The notes under the pieces: generated by a model
Databases searched by the model: none
Seen by the model: the letters and a program-made list of their open reading frames with translations, nothing else
What the model was told of the DNA's origin: nothing
Shown here: piece after piece, positions 10,763-23,000 of the stretch
How the letters are laid out: every line of letters starts with the position of its first letter
Position numbering within the stretch: position 1 is the first letter of the stretch
Translations under genes and position numbers: made by a program
Source: Carcharhinus amblyrhynchos
Taxonomy: Eukaryota
Direction of reading: 5' to 3'
Assembly: GCA_965287045.1 (NCBI GenBank)
Contig: OZ336880.1
Location: 63,116,001-63,180,000, forward strand
DNA: 64,000 nt

Positions 10763-13520
10763 GTAAGACATTTCATGCTTCTTATAACACGAGCGAGAAA
10801 ATTGTACACGCGAACATCCAAAATCCAACCAATTTTCTGCGGTTTTGTTTGGCCCAGAGCTAAAATTGTCAATCTAGAAGCTAATTCATTTTAAAATAAG
10901 AAAATAGGAACGGAAGGGCCATGCGTGTAGCTATTTTCAAACTGGCCTCGGCGAGCCGTATCCGCAAGGCTTTTTCGTTCATTTGTTTCTCTGTAACTGA
11001 AGTGTGGCATCGAAAAAGGAGAGAGAAAAAAAGGGCACCGATAATCACCGCCGTAAAATGCATAGAGGGGGTTGTGTCAAAAAAATGTAAAGTTGTAGAT
11101 GTTTCAGATCGATAGTAATGAAGTTGTACGGTTTAAACAGTTGGGCACACGCCACGGTGAAACAGCGACACGGAGCAAGACTTGGAAGTTTTGGGCCTTG
11201 ATGTTTATCACAGCATTACAGGCCTGAAGGCCAGGGACTGAAGGTATACCAGACTGTGCATCCAGCTACTGTGTTGCTATTTCTAAAACTAAAGTGTGGC
11301 CATGTAGAAAATTGTAAGCGATTTTTAAATATAAAAACAAAGGACAAGAGTCTTATTAATTCGAGTTGTAGAAATGTGTGAACGGATTGTTTGGTAACAC
11401 AGATAGAATTAATTCAGTCCCGTCCATAATCTTCGATCATAAATACATGATAATTATTAAATATAAAATAACCATCTCAACTATATTCAATAAGCCAGGC
11501 TAGAGATATGTTTATCCCTGTTTTCCTAACATCTGTTTTTAGCAAAAACCTGTCACCTAATGCTTGTTCTAATGGTGCTCGTGTCCATCATGTTTCAGTG
11601 AAACCGAATATATCATTCGTTCTTGCCTCTCACAATGATGCAAAATTGTTCCTGAGCTCATTATTTCTTATCTATTAATATAGGCCTAATATTGGTCTTC
11701 TCTGGTCCCTGGCAAACAAAGGAAAACGATTTCTGTAAATAACAGACTGGCGAATTTCACATGCTCGGTGTAACACCAAGAGCACTTCCGGATATAAATA
11801 GCACACCCAGCCATAAATAGCATTCCTACGAGGCACGAGAATCGAAAAGCATCGGTTTGAGGAAGTGTTTGGTGTCTGCTTTCCAGCACAAGTTATACCG
11901 CATATCTGAGAGGACGGTGTGTGTGTGTGTGTGTGTAGTGTGCCAGGGCCTGGCTGGTTTGCTGACTCTGGTGTGTTTTGCCGAGGACCAGGAGAGATTC
12001 CTACATTAATGAAAGCGATCCTGCAAACGTCTCCGTCCAAGCCGTGTGGATCGAGCTATTCATGGCACTGGGCTCTTCAAACTAAGAAAAGCCAGCTTGA
12101 TTGACGAGTTGATTGATTGATTGAGCTGTCAGGCTAAACATTTAGCAAAACGTCACTTTTTAGCTTTTCAATCAAGTAGTAAAATGATTTTATTAACATT
12201 TGCAAGCGCAGTGTGGGCGCGTTTTTTAATAGATGTAGATTCCTTTTTGAAAATTCTTAAAGGTTTATTCCATCACAGAGTGTGATATCGAGGAGGGGCG
12301 TTGTAATTACCAATTATTCTATTAAATCTAGTCACAATATTCAGGACAGAGTTGGATCCTTGCTGCCCTTTGTAGTATGCTTCTAAATTCATATGCCCCC
12401 TCTGCCTGACTCACACTTGGCTGATTAGTCTCATGTTACTCTCATAAGGTTATGTAATGCAGAAGTTGCTGTGGCAGGATTATCCAAGATAAATTTGCTG
12501 TAAATCAGAGGTTTAAGCGAAATCTGGGGTTTATCTGGAACTTGACGGTAATACGGCACACACACGCAACATCACAGTGTCCCATTTTACACAGGCCCGC
12601 TGCTATTTCCTGTACATTTAATACAAAGTGGGATTTTCCCCCCTCTCTCTGCGTGTTACCCCGGTGTTTTCCGATCTTTGCTGAGTTTGGTAATCCAGTC
12701 TGAAGGCACGGGCCTAAATTTACTGGATCGTTTCATCAGAAACACTTGCTGTAAGCAGAAATCAGCCCGCCGATTAGACCTTGTAAGTGTTGATTGAAAA
12801 TTGAAACAGCGTCCAGCTCAGAAGTTGAACTGCCTCACGCTCTGTGTCGAACCGATTCTAGTTCACAAATTATGTGCTGTTGCCATTAAAAAGGCGGCGC
12901 ATTTCCCCCCACGTAGGTGGGGAGACATTAAGACAGGTTGTCTGTTGGCAGAGAGACATTTCCAGGAGTATTTTGCAAGTAAAGGATAATCAGGAATGCG
13001 GAGGGAGTCCCTTCCAGATGACAATTATTTCAACTTTCCATTTTTACTTCTGCGGCTGGGTAATATTTCTGAGGAACGCGTGCGATTTTATCGCCTTGTT
13101 TACATTAAATTTTGCATCCAGTAACCAGTACAATGCGCAAACTTTTACAACGTTAATGAATGTTAATACACAGGAAAAAAAACTAACGAAATAAAAATGA
13201 AACATGCAGTCCCAGCAGGATAAAATAAGACACTACAGTGAACTAAAACATCAAATAAAAGGTCTTTTCCCTCTGGCAGCACTGTTCTGTTGTGGGAAAT
13301 GTACTTTGCGCCATTTTGTTCATTTTAAAACTATAAATATGGCCGCCTATTTAAAGGGCGCCTATACATTTTGCGATATATATATTTCACTATCTGGCCC
13401 TCTGAAGGCGTTGAACGCTCTCTGTTTAAAAGAGGAATATTAAAGTGTGACCATTTTTTTCTTTCTCTCTCTCCCTCTCTCTATCTTTCCCTCTGTGTGT
13501 CTCTATCGCCTTTTCTACAG
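10763..13520 (+). other. en1: en1 intron (2758 nt, GT-AG, phase 1)
   Basis: Donor gtaaga at 10763; long CT-rich tract at ~13453-13517 and acceptor ttttctacag ending at 13520. Splicing restores the frame (505+320=825 nt). Confidence 0.95.
11917..11936 (+). repeat. (GT)10 microsatellite in the en1 intron
   Basis: Read directly from the sequence. Confidence 0.95.
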
Positions 13521-13840
13521 GTCCCCGTACTCGGAAACTGAAGAAGAAGAAAAGCGAAAAGGAAGACAAGCGGCCGCGGACAGCGTTCACAGCCGAGCAG
13601 CTTCAGAGACTCAAAGCCGAGTTCCAGACCAATCGCTACATCACAGAGCAGCGGCGGCAAACTTTAGCACAAGAACTTAGTCTGAACGAGTCCCAGATCA
13701 AAATCTGGTTCCAGAACAAGCGGGCCAAGATCAAGAAAGCCAGTGGTCTGAAGAACAGCTTGGCTCTCCATCTCATGGCGCAGGGACTTTACAATCATTC
13801 CACCACCACAATTCAAGACGAGAAGGAGGACAGTGACTGA
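13521..13840 (+). CDS. en1: Homeobox protein engrailed-1, coding exon 2 (homeodomain ~13565-13744, EH5)
   Basis: Translates (G)[105 protein letters not shown], with TGA at 13838-13840. [22 protein letters not shown] and LALHL are EN1-type rather than EN2-type. The ORF track misses it because the exon has no start codon. Confidence 0.97.
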
Positions 13841-15220
13841 AGTTGTTCCGTTTTATCCAATTTGAATAAAGGACTGTGACAGGTGCTATTTAAATTCGAT
13901 CTGCGTGTATCTATATGGACTGAAGTATAATTCAAGCATTTTAAAATTATATATAACCAAACACATTATGGCGTTGTATATATTTAATTTCAGGTAAGGA
14001 GATGTCTAGCGATCCCTACTTGATGGAGATTTTATCATTTCGTTCTTAATGTTGTCGCTAATTGTTTTAGTCAATGTCGGTCAGGTCTAGAGATTTTATG
14101 TGAACCCCGTCTTTTTTTCTGAACTTGTTCAGAAATTATAGAGAGACTACATAATGAATCGCCGCTACATGCCAAAGATTTTACTATGTTCAAAATGATG
14201 TAGCTTCAAATAAAATGTAGACTGTGCTCGGTGCACACTCTGACTAATAGTTTGGTATCGCACTTGTTATTTTCCTGCTGGACTCTAATTTTGGTTTAAG
14301 GGACCCATCCAAACACAGTCAGCACCAAAGGTGAACTAAATGCTGGCAGTGATAATTAAGCACGTCAGCTAACATCCCTGGCCCTCGTTTAAGTCGCCAA
14401 CACAAATCTTTTAATAGCACCAAATGTTACTTTGTAAAATGCACCCTAATTGGCATTTTTAAAAAAAATAAAACAAGCATTATATGAGGGAGTGGGAGGC
14501 ACCTTGTACGTTAAAGTTTGTTAAACACAATGCATCACTATTAATTGAAAAAAAAAACCTCTAAAAAAGCACAGCTTGAGGTTGGACGTGAAGCATCTTT
14601 GGGCACTATTGCAAAAAAAACCAGAAGTAACATTACAATAGTTGCCAATCGATATTTGAGTGTTTGGCTTAGCGCCGAATTAACATTATTAATGTCCCGT
14701 TTTGGAGGCGCCGGTTTCCATTCATTTTTCTGCATTTTCAGTAAAAACGTGCTTTAGGAACAACACTTCTAGAATTGAAGTTTGAGATACTGTTTTGCGA
14801 GACCTTACACGCGCATATATATGTTATATAATGTGTGTTATTCAAATATATATCTCTCCGTATGTTACATAAAGGTACACAATTATTCATTTTCATGTAT
14901 CCTGCAGGCAAATTGTTTAATTACATTTTAGTTCCTGCAACAAAGTGGAGAAGGATTAGAGGCAGACGTTTGTTTTATGTTCCAGCTTACTTTTGCTACG
15001 TTTGCTTTGCAAACAGGATGCCCACAGAGGTTTCTCTAACGAGCTTCGCCTTTGTTGGAAACACATTTCAAACAGAAAATCACAAACTTTTTTTTAAAAA
15101 AACTTTTCGTAACGTTGTCGTTTAGCTGGTGTAAATGGCAGTATTGTTCCCCATATGTGGAGCCAGATGGTTATCAATGCAAGGCCCAAGGTTAATAAAC
15201 CCTAGGTGATAGTTGCAAAA
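13841..15220 (+). other. en1: Probable en1 3' UTR with candidate poly(A) signals
   Basis: AATAAA at 13865, 14209, 14467 and 15194; which one is used cannot be determined from the sequence. Confidence 0.5.
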
Positions 15221-17034
15221 CAAAACGGCTTTTGGGATAAATTAAGATTGTTCTTTCAATCGGCGAGAGTTGCCTCTTGGCATTTATTTTAAAATGAGAA
15301 AACATTTAACAGAAACTTTTCGACTCTCCAGAAAGATTTCCGATAATAATTTGTCCTTTCAACTGTATTGTCTGATACTCATTCTTTTATCTATAATCGT
15401 CTGATATCCGGGTCATCAGTCACCAGATCCTTAACACTGGGGAAGCTGCTTCCTCCCAGTCGTGGTGTGTTAGAACATTGTAAATGTTAAACCATTTCCG
15501 ATTTAATTATTTGTAGTCAAGTTCTAAAAGCAATGTGTACTTAACATTTCGCTAAAAAAATAGCGGTCAGAGGGAGAAAATATTGCAGGTACATTGATTC
15601 GCTTCCCCCTTGCAGGCAGAAAAGCTTTCGCCATAATTCTTATCCTTACTGTTTTTTCAGTAAAGCAAAATCAAATTAGTGATGGAAGAGAAATGTGAAG
15701 CACGTTTAGACAGAAAGAGCGACAAAGATATCGGAAATACGCTACCCAGTGGTTTGAAGTATTACTTGTCAAGATAACTGTCCAAATATGCTGAAATGTG
15801 GAAATGATGCGATTTAGGAAACGCTGTGATAAAATGACACCGGCGTTAGCAATTTTAAGACTACCTATCGCCCAGAAAGGAGGCCTAAACGACGTGTTGA
15901 AAGTCACCAATTCTGGTAGAATTTCATTCAATTAGTGCCAGAAATAAATACTTATTTTACGAGATAATGAAATCTGAAGGGGGGTGGGTGAGGGGCGGGG
16001 GCAGCAAGAGGAAGGCTACTTTCCCAGCACAGATCTACAATATCTGTAAGCAAGGAAATAACCGCTGCAAGAAGACGCCGTAGCAAGAAAAGTCAATATA
16101 GTTAGAGTGAAAACGACATATGGAACAGAAGTTGCCTTTTATTTTCTTCACCCGACCGTCTAACATGTTGGCAAAAAAATGGAAAGTTTATCATCAGTGT
16201 AAAATACAGTCGAGTTAACCAGAGGAAAATTTTTAATGATTATCAGGTGTCCACCCACAATTGTAGAATCTCTTCAACACCCGCATCAGGGAGGAATGTT
16301 CTCTTCCGATGTAAAGTACGAAACACAGTTATTGTCTCAAACATAGATATGTATATATAGGAATGACCCCATTATGTTTAATTCTGGTTGGTGCAAGTGA
16401 ACATAGACTGCAATCAAAAGCCCAAACCTTCCCCGAACATGAAAATGTGGATTTATAGCGCACTTGTGACAGCGCTAGGAAGGCTCACGAATTAACAACA
16501 AAACATTATACAATGAGATTGAGTCAGGTATAACCCCACACCTGTGGAGTAGGGGCGGTTGTTGCCTGGGTGGGAATTGTCTCCAACATTTGCGACCAAA
16601 AATGAAAATAACAGGAAACTCCCAATTCCCAGAATTGTCTGAAGTCTCTATTTCGCTCAGTTGTTTTTACGCGCCAACCAAGCATTTCTGTTTTATCCTT
16701 GGCTGGACTCAGACCCTTATTTCCTGGAGGGCAATAAAATAAAGCATACCGTCATATTTCGGGCACCAAGTCAGATTTGCAGAGTTTTTCCCTTGAAGCA
16801 CTTCCAACCAGTCAGTGACGCACTGGTAAATCTGAAACCTGCGCCCCTTCAGCACAATCCCTTAAATTGTAGTGAGGAATTGCCAAATATAGTTAATAAG
16901 CAACTCAGTTCTAATTTAGAACTGGGGAGATTATCGGAGCCTTTGAACTCCCATGGTAAGTGAATATTGGCCTATAGATGGGGGATCTTTTGCGCAAATT
17001 CCGATGTTGAGAACCCGCGCGAGCAAATTCAAAT

Positions 17035-17050
17035 TAGCGCCCTCTAGCTT
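17035..17050 (-). promoter_or_regulatory. CTCF-like motif (reverse orientation)
   Basis: Reverse complement reads aagctagagggcgcta; the 3' part of the core matches but the 5' CC is missing. Confidence 0.25.
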
Positions 17051-20000
17051 TGGCTCTGACCAAACAGGGAAAGTGCCTTATTTCCCCATAACAATTTAAT
17101 CATATATTGTGTATCACCTGAATGCTGCTTATTTTAATTGTAGAACCGATAAATATAACTTCTTGTTCGAGGAATTAGAAAAATTGTTTAAAATATATTG
17201 CGGATTATCCTCTTCTCGCGAATTTTGCTTTACGAAGCACAAGTTTATTCATAGAATAAGAATCCCTACAGTGCAGAAAGAGGAAAGAATTTGGCCAGCG
17301 AAACTTTTATTTTAGCAAGTCACATTTATCTTGCACAGTGTGAACTGTTGCTTAAAAGAAACACCACGATGGAGTTGCGAATTGTTGGATTTTCTTGAGT
17401 TTTGACAAGATAGTGTCCAATGTGTAAATTGTGTTTGGATTTCATGCGTGCCTCTTTGAAAATCTTTGCCAGCAGCTCCAATTATTACTTAACGCACTAC
17501 ATTACAGTTAAACGCAATACATTAAAAACTGAAAACCTGCACAGTATGACAAGGCGTGGATTATATATATATACCTATAAATAGATAATAATTTCAGTTA
17601 AGCCAACATACAATAAGAAATACTTGAAGGCCCTATTAAGGATAACCATTTCAAAGAATCGAACGAAACTCATCATAGTTCTGCAGAACAACATTTATTT
17701 TATTGCGTTTAAACAATAGGCAACTAATTCTATTCTATATATGTACATCCATACATATGCATATCGTAAGCTTATTTTTGCCCTGGTTTAATATTAAATA
17801 GGGAACATAATGTTACGCCACATCATGTTATCTTAACATATTCTTGGGAAATGAAAACTAGTGTTTAATTTTACTTTCCCTTCCCCATGCATCAAATTTA
17901 TTGTTACATTGATACAAAAAAGAATAATTTCTGATTAACGTTAATGCAAATAACGCTCATGAGTGTGAAGTGAGTCCTATACGTTTCTTAGTTTAAAAAT
18001 TGTTACTTTGTGGAAAGTAAAATTAAACAGGGCTAATGTGATATACAATGCTGTTTTACTTGAGTTGTTCAGGAGGGATCTACACGCAAAATAATTCCCA
18101 CCAAACAGTTTCGAGAACAGGACGCAAAATTTAGTTCAAGCGTGTTATTTCGACAGAAGTATTCAGCATCGATTTGAAAGGAATAACTGTATTGGTTAAA
18201 TTTCGGTAGCCACGTCACTCGGTGCATTGTACTGTAAACTTTTACACTATGACACAGGACAGATAAAGTGAAAATATCCTATTATCGTGTAGCCTGTATT
18301 CTGGAACCTCCTAGTGGCGTTAAAAAAAGAAGCATGTTATCGTCGATGTTGTTATATGATGTTATATTGAGCGAAACTCATCTTCCGTGCTCTGAATAAT
18401 ATAAATTACTTGCCACTTTGACTGGCGGAGGAGACATTCTCTGACGTGGCCGCGGAAAAAAAATAAAGTTGCGTGTTCCGTGAACTGTATCTGCAGGCAT
18501 AATAGTTGTAATATTTTTGTAATGTTTTAATAAAACACCAAGACATCTTATAGATAGTAGGAATATTTATAAATGGGCACATAACAAATCAAGAATTGAG
18601 ATATGTATGTTGATACATACATGCATGAAGGCTTTTTCCTATATCTGTGCACACTTTCGGCACATCTGAAGAACATATGTAGACTTTTACTACATTCATA
18701 TTACTGTGTCAGAATAGCGCACTCCCAACACATTCCACTCAAACACTTAGTTGAGATGATATTCATTATTTACTATGCTACCATTATGTCCGACCAGATT
18801 ATATTTAAACGTCCCCTTTCATAATGGTTGATATTAATGTGAATGGACACACCACGCTGCACAGATTGAATGTAAAACGGGAAGGGAGGGTATTTATTTT
18901 CCACCATTGGCAGGTACCTGTTAGGAGTCGCGCCTGTGCCACTCTTATAAGCCGCCCTGGAGGGTCGCATCTTCTGTCCTCTGTCAGTTACCCTGTCGTC
19001 TGTGCCCCTATCCCGGAATCATATCGGGAGCGAGGGAGAGGCGGAAAGCCGACTTGCCCTTTGGGGGGTCAGAGAACAGATTCTGGAGAGCCATTAACAG
19101 AACATACTGTATCTGATCTTATCAGCCTTACGTCTGTATGTTATAGACAGAGAGAAAGAGGGCCAATAGCTCTTCCTTACAAAAATGAATGCGACATATA
19201 AAAATAGTGGAAAGATTGAAGAGTTTGATAATCATCACCTTGCATATATTATTTCTGGGGTTAAGGAGGAATGATGCACATTTTGCACACGTCTTGAGAA
19301 CAGTGGGTGAAACTATACAAAAAACGTTAAAGTGAATAACAAGTGGATTTGTTTTGTTGGTATATTAATTATTTCCTTTGATGCCCCCAATGAAATTAGT
19401 GGAGCTGACGCATATCTGTAAAATTAGAATATTTGATTCCAATGTAGGTTTAGTGTCTAATATAATCGAAATATTTGTGGTTTAATCGCGTGTTACTGTA
19501 AATGGCAGGATTTCCGTCTGGCTTTCGAGCTACCGAAAGGATTCAGTTTAAACTAAAGTTACCGACTTGATGTTTGTTGTATTCTGTGCGATAAGGCATA
19601 TGCAATCTCAACCTCACCATGTCGTGCGGGGCACATCAATAATATAACTGCTGCAATTACAGCCCCTCCTGAACTGAATAAACTACTAAATCTTAAGGAT
19701 TCCGTAGGTCAGTCAGTGTTACCCAATAGGAAAAGGTGAACAAACACGCTTTTATGCATCCATTTTGTATCATGACACACATAAATGCTGCGTGGTTAAA
19801 CGCACTTTTAATGAAGTTTCCCCGCTCCCATTCAAGCAATGCATCACTTCTCCATTATTGTATTCTGGAGCTGTGGAAAAGCAGTCTCGAACCTTGACTC
19901 AACTTTCACCCTTGTATATAAATACATTTCAATCTGGCTTCTTATTTTCTCAGCTTTCTCCAAAGATACTTCTTGCACACCTAGTTTATGAGAGTATATT

Positions 20001-23000
20001 CATGGCTGCACTGAATTGTACACAGTTTCCAGATATTATGCCAAGTTACCATTTCGAGGACAGGGGCTGGGACACTACTAACTACTTATGCTGCTCACAT
20101 GAACAGTCCGTCATATAAATCAAGTTTTCCCCATCTCTTGTAAACTTGTTAGTACGATATATCATTTAGTATTGTTATAGCACTTATATGATCACATAAT
20201 GTTGCCAAGGATCAAAACTTCGTTCAGTTTAATCTAATATCTCAGCTTCACTTATTGAACCTGTTTCTTTTCGTAATGATTCACGACATGATAACAGGAA
20301 AGCAACATTGCAAGCAACTTCGATTTGTTTCCCACAGTAACTGTAAATAAAAGCATAGTTAAAATTAATATTATGTCCCTCGACATTATCCTCCAATACT
20401 GTAACTGAGTAAAACAGATCTATATTGATAACATTACTTAGCAAAATCGTGGGGAAATCGTGTCTGTGAAAAGATAGAAGTGAGCTTCAGTTCACCTTAC
20501 TATTGCATCCCAATGCCTGACTTTAGAGTCCAGTTGTTTGCAGACTACTTTTTTATTCCCGAGAAATTTCATTGACAAAATTTCAAATGGTACAAAAAAA
20601 TTAGGATTATATCTGGAACTAAAAGGTTCCTCGGTCGATTGGAATAAAGTCGTGTTTATTATTTTTTTCGTTCATATTAGCTGCTTTTGCTCAGTGAAGC
20701 AGATGAAAGGCTATTCTGCTAGAAATCGTGCTCCAATAATTTTCCACATGCTCGGCAGCTGTATGTCTGTCCGATATCATCAACTTTTAAAATCGCAGAA
20801 TAATAGTCCACAGTACTTAGAATTCCCCAGTCATCATTAATTAGCCAAAACAACATGGAAGAGATCTAAATGATCACTTCAAATTACAGATTTTCACGTA
20901 CACTAAAATAGTTTTAGAAACATTATTCTTCTAAAAGGGTTACACGGGCAATACAGAAGTAAGCATAAAGTCACTTAATTGACCAGCGGTCATTGCATTT
21001 GTTATTTGATTGCATATTGGTAACTTAGAGGAAATAGATTAAGCAGTGCACCGCAATAGTGATTCCAGTTTTTCAACAAACCAAACACAATATTACTCTA
21101 CAAGTAACTAATCCGCCTATAAAATATGGAACGTCATCTCAAAGCAAGAATCACGATTTGTCTCTTTTAAATTATAACAATAACAAAAAATAAATACAAA
21201 TTCGACGGTCATCAATAGAATAATTATCTGTTACAGAAATGTTCGAATCTGATAGGAACCAATGGAAACAAAAAACAACTTTTTTATTTTTTAAAAATTC
21301 TATGTCATTCAAACTTTGTGTCAAACTTTACTTTTGGAATTCTGCCCGTCACCCTTTCAGGGCAAAGTGTGTTGTGAAAGTCTCCAAGTTCACATGCAAT
21401 CCTGATTCTTTTTTTAACCATCAAGCTACTTATCCAATATTAAATAAGTCATATGTTCCTTCCAAAAAAATGGGATTACCTCATTTGTGGAAAGGAGCGC
21501 TGTGAAGAGATGCAGAAGTTTTGTTGCAGAGAGACTTACAATGAGAAATATTTTACCTTGCATTAGCACCAGTTTCGCCAGTAACAGTTTCTTTTATACA
21601 ATGGATTTCTCAACGACAAAGGAAAGAGGTACAAAGTCTTGGTACATACTGTTAGGGAATGTGGTATTCATTAATTTTTTTTACTGGGCGTATAGGCAGT
21701 TCAGAAGATACAAATCAGAACAGCTAACCCACTTAACTAAGATTAGTGGACTGATCAATTGCATATAGAATTTCATAAACTTAAAGAAAAATATTAGGAC
21801 AAAATAAAAGCTGCCACCCTACAACACATGGTGACACGACAAAACTTTTTTTAAAAAAAACTGCAAAATTAAGACGAAAAACTTTTCCGTAGCAAAAATA
21901 TATCGAAACAGGTCATAAATCACTATCCCACCCGAACATGTTTGGTTAAGCAGACGCAGAAACGAATGGGCATCATCTTACCAAATGCAGACTCGAGAAG
22001 AGTAATTACTGACCAGGACAAAGTGGTCCATGAATATACATGTGATTCTGCACAAAGGGAGAAAAAGTATTACTAATAATTTTCCACGACAGTTGTATAT
22101 GGTGACATGCCCCGAGGTGACCCTTGACTTGCCACGTGAAATTCGCTACACAAATTAAGAACATTTAAAAGTCAGATTTCAGAAACAAATATTTCAACAA
22201 ATACCATTATTATGATACAAACTGCACCCTTTGCCATATATTGGTAGTATCATAGTGGGGACAGAAAGTAAGGGTTCAGGGGTAAAGTAAGTTATGCATA
22301 ATTTGAAATCTAAATCTGGGAGAAAATAAAATCTGCAGAACCTTTGCATTTGTCAGTGTTTTCTGCATAGAGGATATATGGGGGAGTGATCTTAACGAAA
22401 ATCAATTTAATTTCAAACTTTTATAAAACAATGGAAAGCGCAACTTCATTCCGCGCGAATACATTTCTAACTTTTCAAAATTGCGTTTTGGTGGAGACTG
22501 ATCAGGGCGTTTATTTTTAAATAAGATACATTAAACTTTGACTTATTGTGTTCAAGTCACGCAGTGGAATCGATACTATTTTCCGTAAACATTTTCATTG
22601 GCTACATTGCAATTAAGTTGTAAACAACTAACTAAATGGCCTTTCATTAGTATAAAGACAAAACTTGCGTAGGACGGAGAAAAAGTGCAATAAGGTTTTT
22701 GTTCAAATTGTCTCTTTGGCCTAGCGCATGGTCTTAGTTTTCGCAGACTAGATGAAAAGTATGTTTAATTGTTGGTCATCAGTTGACTTACTAAACATAC
22801 TGTCCAGAGTGTTGCAATTGACACGGTTGAATGCTATCTTAATATTATATTTTTGTAAATGAGAATCAGACTTCTCTGAAAAAGTCCTTAACTCGATAAG
22901 CTAATCCTTGAGTATTCTAAGTGTATATTGCCTTTCTTAGACATTTCATACATGACCTATATATAGCTTCAACTTTATTGATCTACAAACACAATATCAA

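Noticed and set aside
10763-10863. Read-through of the exon 1 ORF into the intron (201-aa homeodomain-less product)
   Set aside because: There is a strong donor at the conserved engrailed intron position, and the extension has no recognisable similarity. Nothing supports intron retention.
13447-13680. 77-aa ORF overlapping exon 2
   Set aside because: Wrong frame; the real coding frame is the homeodomain frame.
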